A DNA stretch of 64,000 nt from Vicugna vicugna (lineage: Eukaryota), in the NCBI GenBank assembly GCA_013265495.1, contig MU058423.1:2619061-2683060 (forward strand), in the 5' to 3' direction. Under the pieces are notes generated by a model. That model made no database searches and was not told the DNA's origin. It saw nothing but the letters and a program-made list of their open reading frames with translations. Shown here one piece after another: positions 12,829-27,384 of the stretch (its first letter is position 1; every line of letters starts with the position of its first letter). A program made the position numbers and the translations under genes.

Positions 12829-14386
12829 TTTAATTCTACCAAAATCAAACTGTAAAAAAAAAATGGAAATGTTACTCTTTATTAAAGATTTCTGAAATTT
12901 AATACTAAATCAACTGCACACTGTACAGTACAAAAATCTAACCAAAACAAAAGCCCTCAGACGTTTAAAGTTAATGGGTTATTTGTATGTTTAAACATTC
13001 TCTAGAACATTAGAAAATGCTATTTGAACTACTAAAATTAAAAAAAGAACTAAACTCAGTAAGAAAGAGTATTTCCTGTTCTGACTCACGAAACAGAAAA
13101 GGGTTTTTTTTTAATTCAAGCCAAAAACAAATTGTAAATACCTCCAAAGAAACTTAATTTGTTCAGTGAAACAATGAAAAAAACTGCTTCAAAACTAAAT
13201 TAAATTCTTCACAATTTCACAGTTCCTAAAGATTTTTTCTTGAATAGGGGATACCACTATAAGAGAATCATTAACGATCTTCTATAAAATCAAGTACCAT
13301 CATTAATATTAAGGAATCAGTCAAGCTTAGATCAACAATTATGGGGAAAAAATTCTATGAATCATATATCTTCAGGTGTAGTTAGAGGATTCAGAACTTA
13401 CTGAATATATGGTTTAAAAAATTACAGTAAGCTTTGAAGACTACTGGGAGAATTATTTAAACTACCAATATATCTACAACTAAGAAATATTATTGAGAGA
13501 TGGGCAAGAGTCCTGAAATGTTCCTGAAGTCAAGTTTTCATTTAAAGAATAAGCTAAATTTTTCAAATATCATTTAATTTCTTCTTATAACAATTTAAGC
13601 TAGAATGATAGGAAAAGTAGAAACATATAATATTGGGGAAAATATCTTAATGCTTAAAAATTCCTTCATTTAGTACAGAGATGAATACAGGTAACAAGAA
13701 CTCACCAAGCCCCCCAAAAGCACGTTATGAATAAAAACCCATACATTCTGAATATAGGTCTTATAAGTAAGCTCACTGTAAAAGAAGCAATATAGGATAG
13801 CATATAATAGCTTAACTGAAGTATTAATTACAAATCCTCTAAAACTACACAACACTCAAGAAAATATCCTTAACAAACAGATGCTTCAGCTTCACTCCCA
13901 ACATTCTCTTTTGATACAAAGTCTACTATTGTGATCTGGCAAAAGATTTATAAGTGGTGACTAGTACCAGAGAAATTCATAGTGCAGGCCAGCCACAGAG
14001 ACTGTATGCATAAAAAGGATACCACAATTGTCATTCTCCTCGCTAGCTGGCAATCAGTGTAAAGCCCTGATGCAGAGGGAATTTACTGAGTTGGAAGAGA
14101 CCCAGGACCCAGCTGCAGTAGATTTATCTCCTCTTTCAGTTGCTTACTATAAATGACCATGGGCCTACTTTCATGATGCCAAATCTCCCATTTACATTCC
14201 AAGAAGAATTACTTTTCTCCAAACGACTAAGGGCCTATAACCCTAAACTGAAACAATCTTTGTAAAGGGATCCTACAGACTTCTAAGAGTGTCTGTTCCT
14301 TAAACATTTCCTGAAGAACGGGCACTGAACTTTCTCTAGGGTCACCAAGTTATTTTGTCATAGTTTCACAGAGGAAAATTACTTAC

Positions 14387-14589
<203 letters not shown>

Positions 14590-16563
14590 TTAAAGATTTA
14601 ACAAGAGTCTTTTTAAAACACACATGCACACACATATTATATGTTATTATTATTTTTAAAGAAGTATTAAAGAGACCTCTCCTGGCAGTGCAGTCTGAGA
14701 GAATTTACAATGAAGTCTGACCCCTTCTCACTCCACTACAGTTAGAAGTGCAGAGCTGAGCGGAGGAAAGATTTCATTCCCCCTTCCACTTCTCCACACA
14801 CCACCATCCCCTGGAAGAGATCTCTTCTGACTGGCCTACAAATCTCCATCCTGGTTACTCATTTTTTTTTTTTTGACAGAAAAAAAAAAGATCTGTGAGA
14901 CATATACATGTAATACATCCCCATTCTGTTAAAGGAAGCCTACAATAAAAAAAAAATGAGAAGACTAGCACGTAAGAGGTAAAGTCTAAACACGTCATAG
15001 GGAGTAAAACATTAATCAAGTTTAAGGAAATCATATTCTCTTTTTCTCTCTTAAGCTCAGACAGAGGAACAGGAAGAAGAAGAGACTGAGGCATTTAAGA
15101 AGTCTGGAAGCCTAGTGGGGGAAATAAATCTCTCAGGGAAAACTCAGTCTCTGGGTTTCCCCAAAGGAATAATAATCTGCTAAATAAGAGAGGAGGAAAA
15201 AAAGGCAGCAGGAGAAAAAGAAAGTTACAGAGACAGATTTGATCAAAACTTCAAGTGTCATAGATATAGCTTTCTCAGTGGTGACAGTTTTTACACCTAA
15301 AATATGTGGGAGGTAGAGAGGACAGAAAAGGGTATGAGAATTGTGATTGATTGCTTTGCTTTATTCTACTCAGCCCTGAGATACTTTAATATAGATCTCA
15401 TGAGATGATTTCCCCACCTCAAATCTAATATTTACCTGCCTCAGGAGAATGCCACATAACTATAAAAAATGCAGGTACTAAAAAAACCATTTGCTGAGTA
15501 AAGAAAAAGTAGTGGGGGAAGTGGAGCAATCAGCGGTATTACAAGTTGTCATTAGGACAAGACACTAGCAAGCAAAAAGCATTTCAGACCATAGGTCAAA
15601 TTATACACAAAAACTCCTAAGACTTGTGTATTCTCAAAACTTATGCATCCACCTCAACAAAACAAAATTAACCTTAGCACATTCCAATTAATTTTGCCCA
15701 ACTCAGGATCTTCAGCCTTAATGGCTTTTGCCAAGTAATACTTTCTTCCTTTGAGATCCTTTCCAATAATACTTAGACCCAACCCTCTTTAAGAAACTTT
15801 ATCTAGTATCTATATTGCCCTCCCCTCTTTTCAGAGATAAAAATTTTAAATAAAGGAACAAACGAGGAAAGTTGAAAAAGTACACAGATTGACAACATAC
15901 ACTCAACAGTTGGCAAGTCCTTTTATGTATATGGTACAGCGCTTTGTTTAACATTTGAAAACTTTACAGTCCCTTGGTTCTAAAATTTGACCTCTACTCA
16001 GGCAGGTATTCAAAAGCTCAGTAAGAATTAACTTTGTTTTTTTAAAATACCACAATTCTAGTTTTAGAAACTTTTAAATAGAATGCTACTGCTACATATT
16101 TTTGCTGCCCTGACTTTGTTAACAGTTTTAGGAAGAAACACTTTTCCTTTAACACTTAACCCCTTCCAAAGACCTACTCCTGCTTGCCCACAATAAACCC
16201 TCTTTCATAGGTCTATAAAAAGGCCCCTCTTCACAGTGAACTTCATATATTTACCCTTAAGTAGATATGAAAAAGCAAGCTATCCCACACACAGCTCTAT
16301 GCCTTTCCATTCACTCAGTAGCCAATATAAAAAACTAGAGGAGAAGGGAGGAGCTATAAATATAAATCATTACATATTAAAGGAAAAAACAGAACCCTGA
16401 AAAAATTATACAGGGTTGTAGATTAGGATGGGTGGATACTGAAGGGCTAGGTGATTCAGGAAGCCTGAGAGGAAATAATGTCAACTGCATCTGATGACAC
16501 AGGAGTGCCTAGGGCCCAGAGATTAATGACACCAATTTGATAAAGGAAAGATGAAAGGAGAGA

Positions 16564-16914
16564 GACTATGGTCTGAATGTTTGTGTCTCCCCAAAATTCC
16601 TATGCTGAAAATCCTAATGCCCAAGTGATGGTATTAGGAGGTAGGGCCTCTGGGACATGCTTATTTAGGTCATTAGGGTGGTGCCCCCATGAGTGGGATT
16701 AGTGCCCTTATAAAAGAGACCCCAGAGAGATTCCTTCCCCTTCTGCCAAATAAGGACACAGCAAGAAGTCTGCCACTTGGAAGAGGGCTCTCAGCCATGC
16801 TGGCACCCTGATCTCAGGCTTCCAGCCTTCCAAAGTGTGAGAAATAAATTTCTGTTGTTTATAAGCTATCAAATCAGTAGTATTTTGTTACAGCAGCCTA
16901 AACACACTAAGACA
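16564..16914 (+). mobile_element. Solo MaLR LTR (MLT1A-like)
   Basis: CTATGGTCTGAATGTTTGTGTCTCCCCAAAATTC...GCCCTTATAAAAGAGACCCCAGAGA...AGAAATAAATTTCTGTTGTTTATAAG...CTAAGACA; ~350 bp. Confidence 0.88.
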
Positions 16915-18425
16915 GAAAATGTCAACTGCATCTGGTGAGAAAGGAGTGATAGGACCCAAAGATTAATAACAACTAATTTGATAGTGGAAAGAAATGAAAG
17001 GAGGAAGGATGGTCAAGAAATATAAAGGAGGTCAGAGGATGAGAAATAAAAAAGGAGGAAACTAAGAGAAGTAAAAAATGGAGATGGAGAAAAAGCCAAC
17101 AAAGAGAGGAAAGAGAATAAATAGTTTTACTGACTAGTTATTGGATACAGCAAATACAACAGAAAAACAGGTGATAGGCAGGAATGAGAAAAGGGAGGAA
17201 GAAAATAGAACACAGGAGAGAGCTGGTGGAAAGAGGAAAAAAAGAAGAAAAATGATGAATTAAAGCAAGCGAGAGAAGGGATAGAAAGGAGTAAGACAAA
17301 TAGACTGTTTATTCTCGCCTTAGCTATCACACTTTCCCTGCTAAGGAGGCTTAGAAAAATAAAGTCTCTAATTGTTGTGATATGGAACCTTTTCCCAAAA
17401 AGACAGAACTCTTGTCTCACACATCTCCTCTTCCCTTCTTTTGCTCCTCTTCTCTCCAATGATTTTACAACCCTTACTCTAGCTCCCCTTCCTTTACAGC
17501 ACTTCTAGACTTCCCAGACTAGTAATACCCAATTATAACCATACTTCTATTATTTTTCTCTGCAACAATTTCCCCACTTATTTACTGAATATTAATTTGC
17601 ATTTGAGAAGTTGAGAAGTTGCTTAAAAGGGCTCCTAAGCTATTTCACCAACATACCAGCTTTGCCTTTCCAGGTCATCTCCCAAGTCACTTCCTTTTAT
17701 TGCCCATAGCACCTAAGTATGACACTGAACACAGCTGATGACTCCCTTAGTTCTAGGAAAGCATTCTTTACATTCCTAGCCTCCTCTTGGAATTTAGCTG
17801 ATAATGATACAAAAAATCCCCCACCTTCATTTTGACTCTCTCCCCACTTCATCACATACCCTAATTTACAAACTAGACTTTCAGGGCCCACTAAGTATCA
17901 TAATCAATCAACATAACTTTTGAATATCTGACATGTGCAAGAACTATACTAGGACATGGTATAATCTAATTCTATAGTCTACAGTTCAGTATAGTACAGG
18001 GACATAGTATTCTTAAATACCAGAAAATTGCCTCTAAAATTGATAGTGTTCATGTTCTTACTAAGTTTATTTGGAGAGATTGATACTTGCCTTTAATCTC
18101 TACACCTGTGAAAGCAAAACTATGTATCATGACAACCTCTTTTAGATTATTTCAATTTACTATCATTTACTACTATAAAATAAGTCAACAGTGCTGTAAA
18201 AGAAACAAGTGAATAAAACAGCACAGAAACCTACAGTACATCCACAAAATCCCATTTCCTAGACTCATCTTTGTGGCAGGAATCTACTATCTCCTAAATA
18301 TCTGAAAGCAGCCAACAGTACTTTGCTATATCTTATCTTGTTGCTTAAATTTATTTCCTTAAAACCTGAAGCAAATTTTGCTTAACTGAAAAAGAGCAAG
18401 TAAAGAGGAAATGATAAACACTTAC

Positions 18426-18567
18426 TGCTCTGGCAGCTTCCCCAAAGTCAATCTTTAGCCGTCCCATGGCTCTTATGATCGCAATGATGGACTGTATAGT
18501 ATTGCTGTAGACAACCACTTTATATTGTTTACACTCTTCCTCCGAATAGCCATCCTCATGAATGATT
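18426..18567 (-). CDS. GNAI3: GNAI3 coding exon 3 ([47 protein letters not shown])
   Basis: Acceptor TTTTTAAAG, donor GTAAG; 142 nt; translated by hand. Confidence 0.97.
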
Positions 18568-18682
18568 CTTTAAAAAGAAGAAAACCACAAATCATTACCA
18601 TGGACCTGAAATGAAAAGATACTACGGACTTTTATGCATTATGAGGAACTATAGTCTTATAAAGGGCCATGCGCCAACTTAC

Positions 18683-18725
18683 TTCATCTGTTTTACGATG
18701 GTGCTTTTACCAGATTCCCCAGCAC
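18683..18725 (-). CDS. GNAI3: GNAI3 coding exon 2 (P-loop GAGESGKSTIVKQMK)
   Basis: Acceptor TTTCTTTCAG, donor GTAAGT; 43 nt. Absent from the ORF track; translated by hand. Confidence 0.97.
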
Positions 18726-19279
18726 CTGAAAGAAAAGAAAACCAGATTTTGAATTCATCTATAATCTAACACTAAAGTATGAAATCAACATGAGTGATAA
18801 CTCTAGATTAATGGAAACCGCCAGTCCTAGGGGAAGGTGAGGAAAAACTACTCAGCTTCTCCATTAGAGATTTTACTTTCTTTATATTACTCAGTAACCA
18901 AATATAATTCACTGAAAGTGTCCCAGGGCCCACTTGATATCACTTAGGTAAAGCAGGCACTCTAAAAGAGATATGGCAATATAAACACCTCTCAGAACTC
19001 ACCCTCTACATGAAGCATCACACATGATACAGACACTGAACACAGGCAAAAATGAAATGATAAATTTTTGGCTTATTGGCTTTAATTAATTCCTCTGACA
19101 ACCCCCTTGGATCTGAGGAATGCTCCAAGAGCAGTAGCACTCTCACCCATGAGACTATAAAGAGTTCAAAACAGAAGCAGAGGAGGCCCACCACCTTTCC
19201 ACTGTATTCCCCCTCAAGACCACTTCAGCCAGCTAGAATCACATTAATAATCACAAATGTCAGATGGGCCCTCTGACCT

Positions 19280-21470
19280 CCTTGACATTCTATCTGCATT
19301 TCCCTAGTCAACTCATTCTCCCACTCTCCAAGATGCCTATTTGACACCACCTGCTCCCTCAAACCTTACAAACCCCTTCCCACTTCTGACTCTCAGTTAA
19401 TGACCCTGCCTCTCTCTTACTGGAAAAAGTAAAGCACTCTGAAAAAATTACTTATCTCATTTTCCCATAACCAAGCACATCAATCTATCACTAGTATTCT
19501 CTACCTTCATCAATGAATGAACTATCTCTGTCAATGTCTAAGACTAACCTCTCCAACTGTGCAATTATCCACCTCATTTTACCCACTCAAGGTCTTGGCT
19601 GCTGCACTTATCCCATATCACTCAAATATCACTGAGTTTTCTCTTCCCACTGGGTCACTGTCACCAGTATACAAACTTGCTATACTGTCTTCCATCTTAA
19701 AATCAACACACACACACACACAACTTCCTACATTTCCTTGACTCCACAAATCTTCCTCTAGCTACCACTTCATTTTCTCTCTTCATCTTCATAGCAAAAC
19801 CCCTGAGTAGTCTATATGCATGTTCTCCAATTCTGTAGCCCTAATTCTCTCCTTAACCAACTCCAACCAAGTACTCATACTCACCACTCTACTGAACCCA
19901 GTTCTCAAGGTATCCAATAACTTCTATCTCAACAAATGCAATGGTCGATTCTCAGTTCTCATCTTACTCAATCTCTTAAGCATAATTTGTCCAAATTAAT
20001 GACCTCTCCCCTTGAAATATCTTCTTCACTAGGCAAGCTCCTAGATCCCATATACTACTGGTCTAACTTCTGGCCTACTCCTTCTCAACTTCCTCCCTCT
20101 CTGAATTCTAAATGTTATATTGCTTCAGGGCTCCTTCCTGGGACCTTTCCTCTATCTACAGTCATTCTCCACAAAATCTCATCCAATCTTATAAACTGAT
20201 AACAACAGTTAGTATCTAGTGAGTACTGCACACCGGACATTGTTCTGAACACTTTGCTAGTGTTAATTCATTTAATCCTCACAATAACCCAGTGAGGTAG
20301 ATGTTATCACTATTCCCATTTTATAGAGATGTCCAGTTAACTTGCCCACCATTACACAGTGAGTAAGCGGCAAAGCTGAAATTTGCATTCACACAGTTTG
20401 GCTCCAAAGTTCTTGTACACTGCCTCTATGCTAATGATTTCCAAATTTAGATCTCTAATCTAAACCACAGCTTCTAACCTTGGCTCCAGACTCATCTAAA
20501 CCACTTACCTGATAAATCTCATTAGATTTCTAGCAGGCATCTCAAACTTAAAATGCCCCAAATTGAGTTACTGCTTCCCCACTTCACCCTTAACCCTCAA
20601 ACAAACCCTGCTCCAACCCTGTTTTCTCATCTCAGTAAATGACACCAGCACTCACCTAGTTCTCAGGTCAAAACTACTAAGTGACATGTAGCTAACAGAC
20701 AGATGGAATGTGGGTGCCAGGACTAATATGTATATTGAATATTAGTAAAGCTTAAGTTTTAAAAATAAATATGAATGTAGTTCTAACAGTTTCTTCCTGC
20801 ACCACAATGGATGATCACAAGCACCTTAGATCACTGCAAAAGCTTTTTAAATGGTCCAATGCTTCAGACTTTGCCTTTCCCATGGTCAGTTTTTCACTTG
20901 GTAGCTGGAATGAACTTTGTAAAATGTAAATAAAGATTCTGTCACACAATTCTGCCCTAAAACTCTCCTATGGTGTCCAAGTACACTCAAAACAAAATCC
21001 ATTGGTAATAATAAGGTCCAATATGCTCGGGACCCTATCTACCTCTTCACCCTCAACCTCTAGTATTCTCCACTTTGTTCTCTCTGCTCTTGTCAGACCA
21101 GCTTTCTTGCTTTTCCTCCAACATACCCAACTGGTTCTCTATGAGCTAGATCCTGACTCATGGTCTCTGCATTTACTATTCCCTCTATCCGAAATAAGTT
21201 TTTGTAAGATCTTCTTCACCCAGTTTCCACTTCCCTCAGAACAGTCTTTCTTGACTAATCTATCTAAATAGCCCCTTCTCAATCACATTCTGTTATATTT
21301 TTTCAAAGCACTTATCACTTCTTCTTATTACAGATTCATTCATTTCCCGTCTTCTCCACAAAATGTAAGCTCCATGAAGGTTTATTCATGCTAGTATTCC
21401 CAGGGCCCAGAACTGGGCCTGACAGAAACTGGTTATGCAGATAAACACTGTTGAACAGATGAATGACTAA
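19280..21470. mobile_element. LINE-2 remnant interrupted by a MIR (~20200-20430) and a probable hAT fragment (~20690-20840); further L2 pieces at ~5700-6430, 6950-7450, 31170-31720, 51090-51560
   Basis: C/T-rich L2-like text (GGCATCTCAAACTTAAAATGCCC, CATCTCAGTAAATGACACCA) ending in TGTAAGCTCCATGAAGG...GAATGA. Confidence 0.7.
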
Positions 21471-22570
21471 TGTTTAATAAGCATGATCCTTTACTAGTAT
21501 TTCTCAACTCTATCAACTAAAAATGTTAGTTAAAATAGAGTTCAAATAATTTTAAAATTCCAGACATCTACATTTTTACAGAATCAAGAGACATTTATAT
21601 ATGATTTTATCTCTGTTCTTACCACTTAATTGATAATCAAGGGTAGCACTAAAATAGTTAACATTCATTCAAGTAGCACACAAAGAACTTTCTATTGACA
21701 TTATTAGAAAGAAGTGATTTCATCTATGCATATCTTAAAACAACTAATGATTCAATTCTGAGGAAGAGAATACAAAAGCATACCAGTTATATTTTAAATA
21801 CTTTAAAACACAGAATTCTCAAATTATCCCACATTAGCAACAACTACAAAATTAACTACGAGAAGTAGAGACTGATGAAGTAATTAATGTGCACCATTTT
21901 TTTAAACACTGAAAACAGCATTTCTACCACCGACGTTGGATTATTTTGAGCGAAATTATAAGTTTACTAATCTCAGAATTGATTTCTACCCATCTCATTA
22001 AGTTCTATCCTATGAAGTTGCTGATTAAAAAAAAAAAGTTGCCCTACCTCTCCCTCTTTTTTCCCCAAGGCTCCCTGATAAAATGCCAGTTTGTCCTTCT
22101 CTTTATTATCACACAACATGTATTTACTCAGCTTTTATTAGGCATCCAGTGCCATCTCTTAAAAGAAGGCATCTCTTACTGACCACAGCACAGAACTGAT
22201 AACAGGATTTGTTTCAGTGGGTGTTCCATGGCATTCCATACAAATAAAGAATGAACCACTTTACACCAAGTTTTTGACCCACTGAGTTTCTAGATCACCA
22301 CGAAAAGTGCCACCACCTTACCTTTCTTCCAAGTAGGAAATCTAAGAGTCATCTGGAACTCACTCAGTCTTCTCTCCTTACATCAAGCTGTAACAAAATC
22401 TTCTTATATATTTCTCAAATTAATCCTTTCTACTAACATGTCTGAGCCTGACATTACACCTACTGTATATTACTGCTGTAATTTTCTCAAACTTCTAGCT
22501 CAAAGTCCCTCTTCTTTCTCATCATCTCCAAATGGCACTATTGAAAAATCATGAATTTATTCTGCACCTC

Positions 22571-22722
22571 TTGGGGAGTGATGGAAAGGTTAGCTATCTT
22601 CCATCTTGATTGCAGTAGTGGTTTCACTGGTGTATACATCTATCAAAAGTAATCAAACTGTACATTTGAAATATGTGTAGTTTACTGTACAGGAACCATA
22701 CCACAATAAAGGTGTTAAAAAA
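22571..22722 (+). mobile_element. Old L1M 3' terminal fragment
   Basis: GGGAGTGATGGAAA...TCTTGATTGCAGTAGTGGTTTCAC...CAAACTGTACATTTGAAATATG...CAATAAA. Confidence 0.7.
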
Positions 22723-24810
22723 ATCATCAGTTTATCTAGCAATTCTCCAAATTCTTCTAACATTTTCTATAACCCTTTCTTAATAGATTGGAGTTCATTT
22801 TTACCTCAGTACTCTGTGCTCCACTGCTTCAGTAGGAAGTTTTCACTAATATCATCTCATTCTTAGGTTTTTCCCAAACTGCTTCCCTTGTCTCACCTTC
22901 CTCCCCCAATACATATGCGGCATTTGAAACTTCCTAATCTTATCTACATCTTTCTACCTATCTTTCTTCAAAATTCATCACAAGTTTAAGGAGAGAATCA
23001 TTTGCCCATCTTCAATCTTCAATAGTAAGGATATAAAGAATGGGACAGATGTAACACAATTGCAAAGACAGATAGATCTATGGCTTGGAGAGGGAGGAAC
23101 TGAAGGTGACTCTGTAGGCAGAAGGGATGCAACTGGGTAGGGAGTACGATACACAGAGGAGAAAAGCTTGAAAGGTTCCAGAGACAAGAAGGAACGGGAT
23201 CCATCTAACTTAAAAGATTTATCCTTAAAACGATATATACCTAAAGGACAACCTATATAAACAGGAAGAAAGGATGAAGGTTGAAGCTACAGAGATTTTC
23301 GAGAGAAAAGGGAGACAAGTGGCTAAGTTAGATGGTCTTGTTCTCAATAAAAGAAGCAAGGCAATCTGCAGAGAATAAAGTCGTAGAATTAATTTAGAAA
23401 ATCAGGTTATAAACAATCAAAACAAGTAAGAAGTGTGTGTACAGGTCAGCACGCATACTCTCCAACACTATTAGACAGAAAACAATTTACCAGTACATAC
23501 TCTACAGTGGAATCACTGTATTTACCTAAACACGTTCTAAATTTTATTTTCAAGACGCTCCTTGGAAGCAGTTACCATATCACATGTCTCCCTCTTTCTT
23601 CCCATAACGTATATTACAGTATGGGTGTGAAAAATAAGAGGTGGTGATGATTTCTTTGCAAGATTTTTTTGTAAAGGCCAGTGAATTGCTAATATAAATC
23701 ATTATATGAGTAAACACATTCAGCTCACAAACACACCGATTTTAAAAATTAACTCTAAAGGATGGCTGATACTCAAGAACACCATGTCACCTGATACCTT
23801 CTCTTTTTTCTCTTTCATTTTGACTCAAAGAAAACTTAGAGCTAGTCCAAAGAAGGTACATGAGTATATGATGCTCTTTTACATTTCTGTGCCTTCAGGC
23901 ACAATGAATTTCCTCATCTGTAAAACAAGGATCAATAAAAGATGTTTAGAACAGTGCCTGGCACATACTAGGTATTCAATAAATGTTAACTGGCCATTAT
24001 TCATGAATGCTGCTTTCTCCGTTCTGAGTACCACCAAGTAATTTAAGACCCAAATTTACCAGTACATACCAGTTAAGGGCCAAAGAGTGTAATTTAAGAA
24101 AAACTCCTTGGATACCGATGGTTCAAAATCTCAGTAGAAATGGTATCTATACTTAGCTTCTGTTTCACAATAAGAAAACCACAGATGGAACCCGATTCAT
24201 ACACTTAAGCAGCAAATTATAACCTAAAAGCTACAGTAAACTACATCAAAGCATTATTCATTTTCTCTGCCCCACCCAGAAGAACATAAACACTTTCTTC
24301 CTTAAATGTAATTTCAGCCCTAGATACTCCTGTCTACTACCTCTTTCCCCACACTTCTCACCCATCTGTGTCTCTACAGCTTTCCTTTGAAGCTTCCTTA
24401 CAGGTCTTTGTACCACTATCAACGTGTACTAGTAGTTATTCCAGTGGCACCTGAAACACCTCCTTTTCCTTTTAAATACTTGTTTCTGTGGAGAAACTGT
24501 GAAACTTTTAAAGGCCAGGGTTGTAACTAGAGCACAGTCCCTTTTCTAGAGGTCTGCACAGCTAAGTCCCAATATGCCACTATTGTTGGTTAACTCTCTA
24601 GCCAGTGCTAGACCAAGGCACTCTCATGGTTTCTCTACAGGCCTCCACAATCAGACATATGGGAACATGTGATTGGAACAGGCATAGACAGCCTCTCTAT
24701 CTCAGCAGACTGAAAGTTTAGTCAGTAAATTTGATTTTTCTTTCTAAGTTATTCTCAACTTTCATTTACAACTCAGGTACTTAAAAAATTCTTTTAGTTA
24801 AGGATACTGT

Positions 24811-25000
24811 ATAGACAAACAATAAGTTTCTTCTGTATAACACAGGGAACTACATTCAATATCCTATAGGAACCTATGATGAAAAACAATATGAAAACGA
24901 ATATATGTATGTATATATATGACTGAAACATTATGCTGTACACCAGAAGTTGACACAACATTGTAAACTACTTCAATAAAAATTTTTTTAATTAAAAAAA
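24811..25000 (+). mobile_element. Short LINE-1 3' end with target-site duplication
   Basis: Nearly co-linear with 58900-59070; AATAAA plus A-tail; TSD AAGGATACTGT at 24800-24810 and 25001-25011. Confidence 0.85.
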
Positions 25001-27384
25001 AAGGATACTGTGTAGTAATAAAGAGAAGGAGAAGGGGAGACTGGTCCTATCTCTGCCACGACTAGCTGTGTTACCTCGGGCAAGTCACCTAACTTAATGC
25101 CGTCTCCTTATACATAAAATGTGAAGGGCTTTGGCCTAGATGGGTTTTATGGCTACACTCCAATAGTCTATAATAATTATAATGCTAAAAGCAGACTAAA
25201 TCTCTAATTCTGACACAAAGAGGCTTCAAATCAAACCATGGATTCACATCTTCCTATTAACCTAACAATTCACAACACTACCATAATACAGTGATCAGCA
25301 TGTTCTCTAATTATGCACTCCTGATCAAGAAGGGACAAAGAGCAGAAAGAACTAAAGAGTGCAGCAACAGTAAGGAAGTAAGAGCTGTCTGGCAGCCAAG
25401 CTCCTATCCTCAAGGATATTCTATAGTTACATAGTCTCAAATCAGCAGAACAATCAAGTTGGATTGATGTCCTTTAAAAAAAAAATGTGAATATCTATAA
25501 CTAAAGATAACAGGAGCACCATTCATGCTACTTCCAATAATGAGATTATCTATTGTTCCCACTGATTTCTTTCTATTTTTATTGAGGCATAAGGAGCTAA
25601 CAGAATAAAAATTCAGGTTAAGGTAAAAACTACATTTCATCCAAAATGCTTTTCAAAGTGCCATACTTAATACAAAAACCAGCTCCCAGATTCCTAATTC
25701 AGTAAAAGAAATGGTTAGCAGAAATACAGATGGGAAATGTCACAGAGCAAATAAAAATGGTTATTCAATCTTTAAAAAAACAAAACAAAACAAAAAACAG
25801 AAACCTTGTCTTGTATGTGCCTGGAACTGCTAGACACCAAGACTTCAAACACAAATAAGTTTAGAAACTATGGTCTCATAGGAAAAGTTAGATCTATTTT
25901 TCTTGTGAAATGAGCAAGTTTCCTTAACCTAAAATATAAGAATAATTTTTTCACCCACCCAGTGTCTCTCTAAACATGCCAAGCCTCTGCATTTAAACAT
26001 TCTTGAAAACCCTATTCAATTCAAACTTCAACTCTTTGCTGAAGCCTCCCCCATTCCCTCTGAACACAATTATTATTTCACCTCTGTTGGCTGGCACAGA
26101 TTATTCCCTTTCAGCATCAGTCCCAGAGGTTAATTTCCAAAATTAAGTCCCAAACTGTCCTTGCCAGCCACTTCACCTCATTTTATCTCTCGCCAACTCT
26201 AGCTACTCAGAAAAAAAAAAAAAAAAAAAATTGACTGCCTTGCCAGCTCCTAATCTTGTAAGCTACAAATGGGTTTTCTTGATTTTGATTAAAATGGTAA
26301 TGAAACTCTTTCTGATAGAATCTGAAAACACTTTCACATCTTTGTAATTCTTCCTCAAGGTGACTCTGACCAGGCCCAACCTACATGCTAGTGTCAAACA
26401 CTAAAACACTATTACTTGGTCAAATTATTTTAATTATTTGAGTTGGCTCCTGTTTAGGGTTCCACTGGCCCTAAACTCAAAAGCACACTCCTCAAAAGCA
26501 CAAAATAGTGCCTTATTTTTGTGTCTTTCTACCCCAAATCTACAGCACCATCCAGGACAGAGTATACACATAATAACTGTGGGATGAATGGCTTGAGTTT
26601 CTATGAGATTCAGTGGTTACCTAATCACATTTTGCAAATGCCAGTTGCAATAGATGGAATTTTCAATGTGGGCAGTTAACAGAAACAGATGATTTCCATT
26701 CCTCTACTATCTTTACTCAGCCCCACACCTATTCCTGGCTAAGCTTTCAATTCTCACCCCACAACTATACCTGAGAATAAATTTAGACTCATTCACAAAC
26801 CTCCTAGTCTCCCTATCCCCCTCTAAACCTTACTCTCAAACCCTGTCCCAGCTCCCTTCCACCCACCATCCACATCAGTGAAATTAACTGCTATGAATCT
26901 GTCCTGCCCATCCTATACCCCAATATCTGAAAGAGTGCAAGAAGTATTGTGAGTGCTCATTAAAAATTTGTTCAGTAAATGAGCGAATGAATGAATATCT
27001 TAAGAATAAAAGATGGCACTGAGTTGTGATTGGGACAGAGATAATGCGTCTCTTCTCTGAAAAAGATTTTTCTAGGAAGCATTCACACACCAATCACCAA
27101 AGAGGCTTATAAAATGCACTAAGAAATTTTTGATAAAACTTAACTGATATATTAGAACTTCAGAGTATCTGCCCGCCAATAACCTCTTCTGGAGAAATTC
27201 CGATTTCACTTTCTTAGCAGGCAATGGCCTACAGAATCTAGGCTACACCTCTCTGTGTGATTATTGGACCATGAGTAAATACCTGGCACAGGCTGACAGA
27301 GGACCTATACCCTGTGTGACCTAGCTCCAAAAGATGAGCAGGACCAGTCAGCTTATCTGAGGAAACCTGCGCTAGAAGACACAG

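Noticed and set aside
14814..14827. 14-bp palindrome GAAGAGATCTCTTC (also a 12-bp one near 15395 and GCTGCCCA x3 at 51993-52019)
   Set aside because: Within chance expectation for a 64-kb window.
16980..17500. Purine-rich tract and ORF 17127..17459 (Phe/Leu/Ser-rich)
   Set aside because: Low-complexity GA-rich intronic DNA; the ORF is a compositional artefact.
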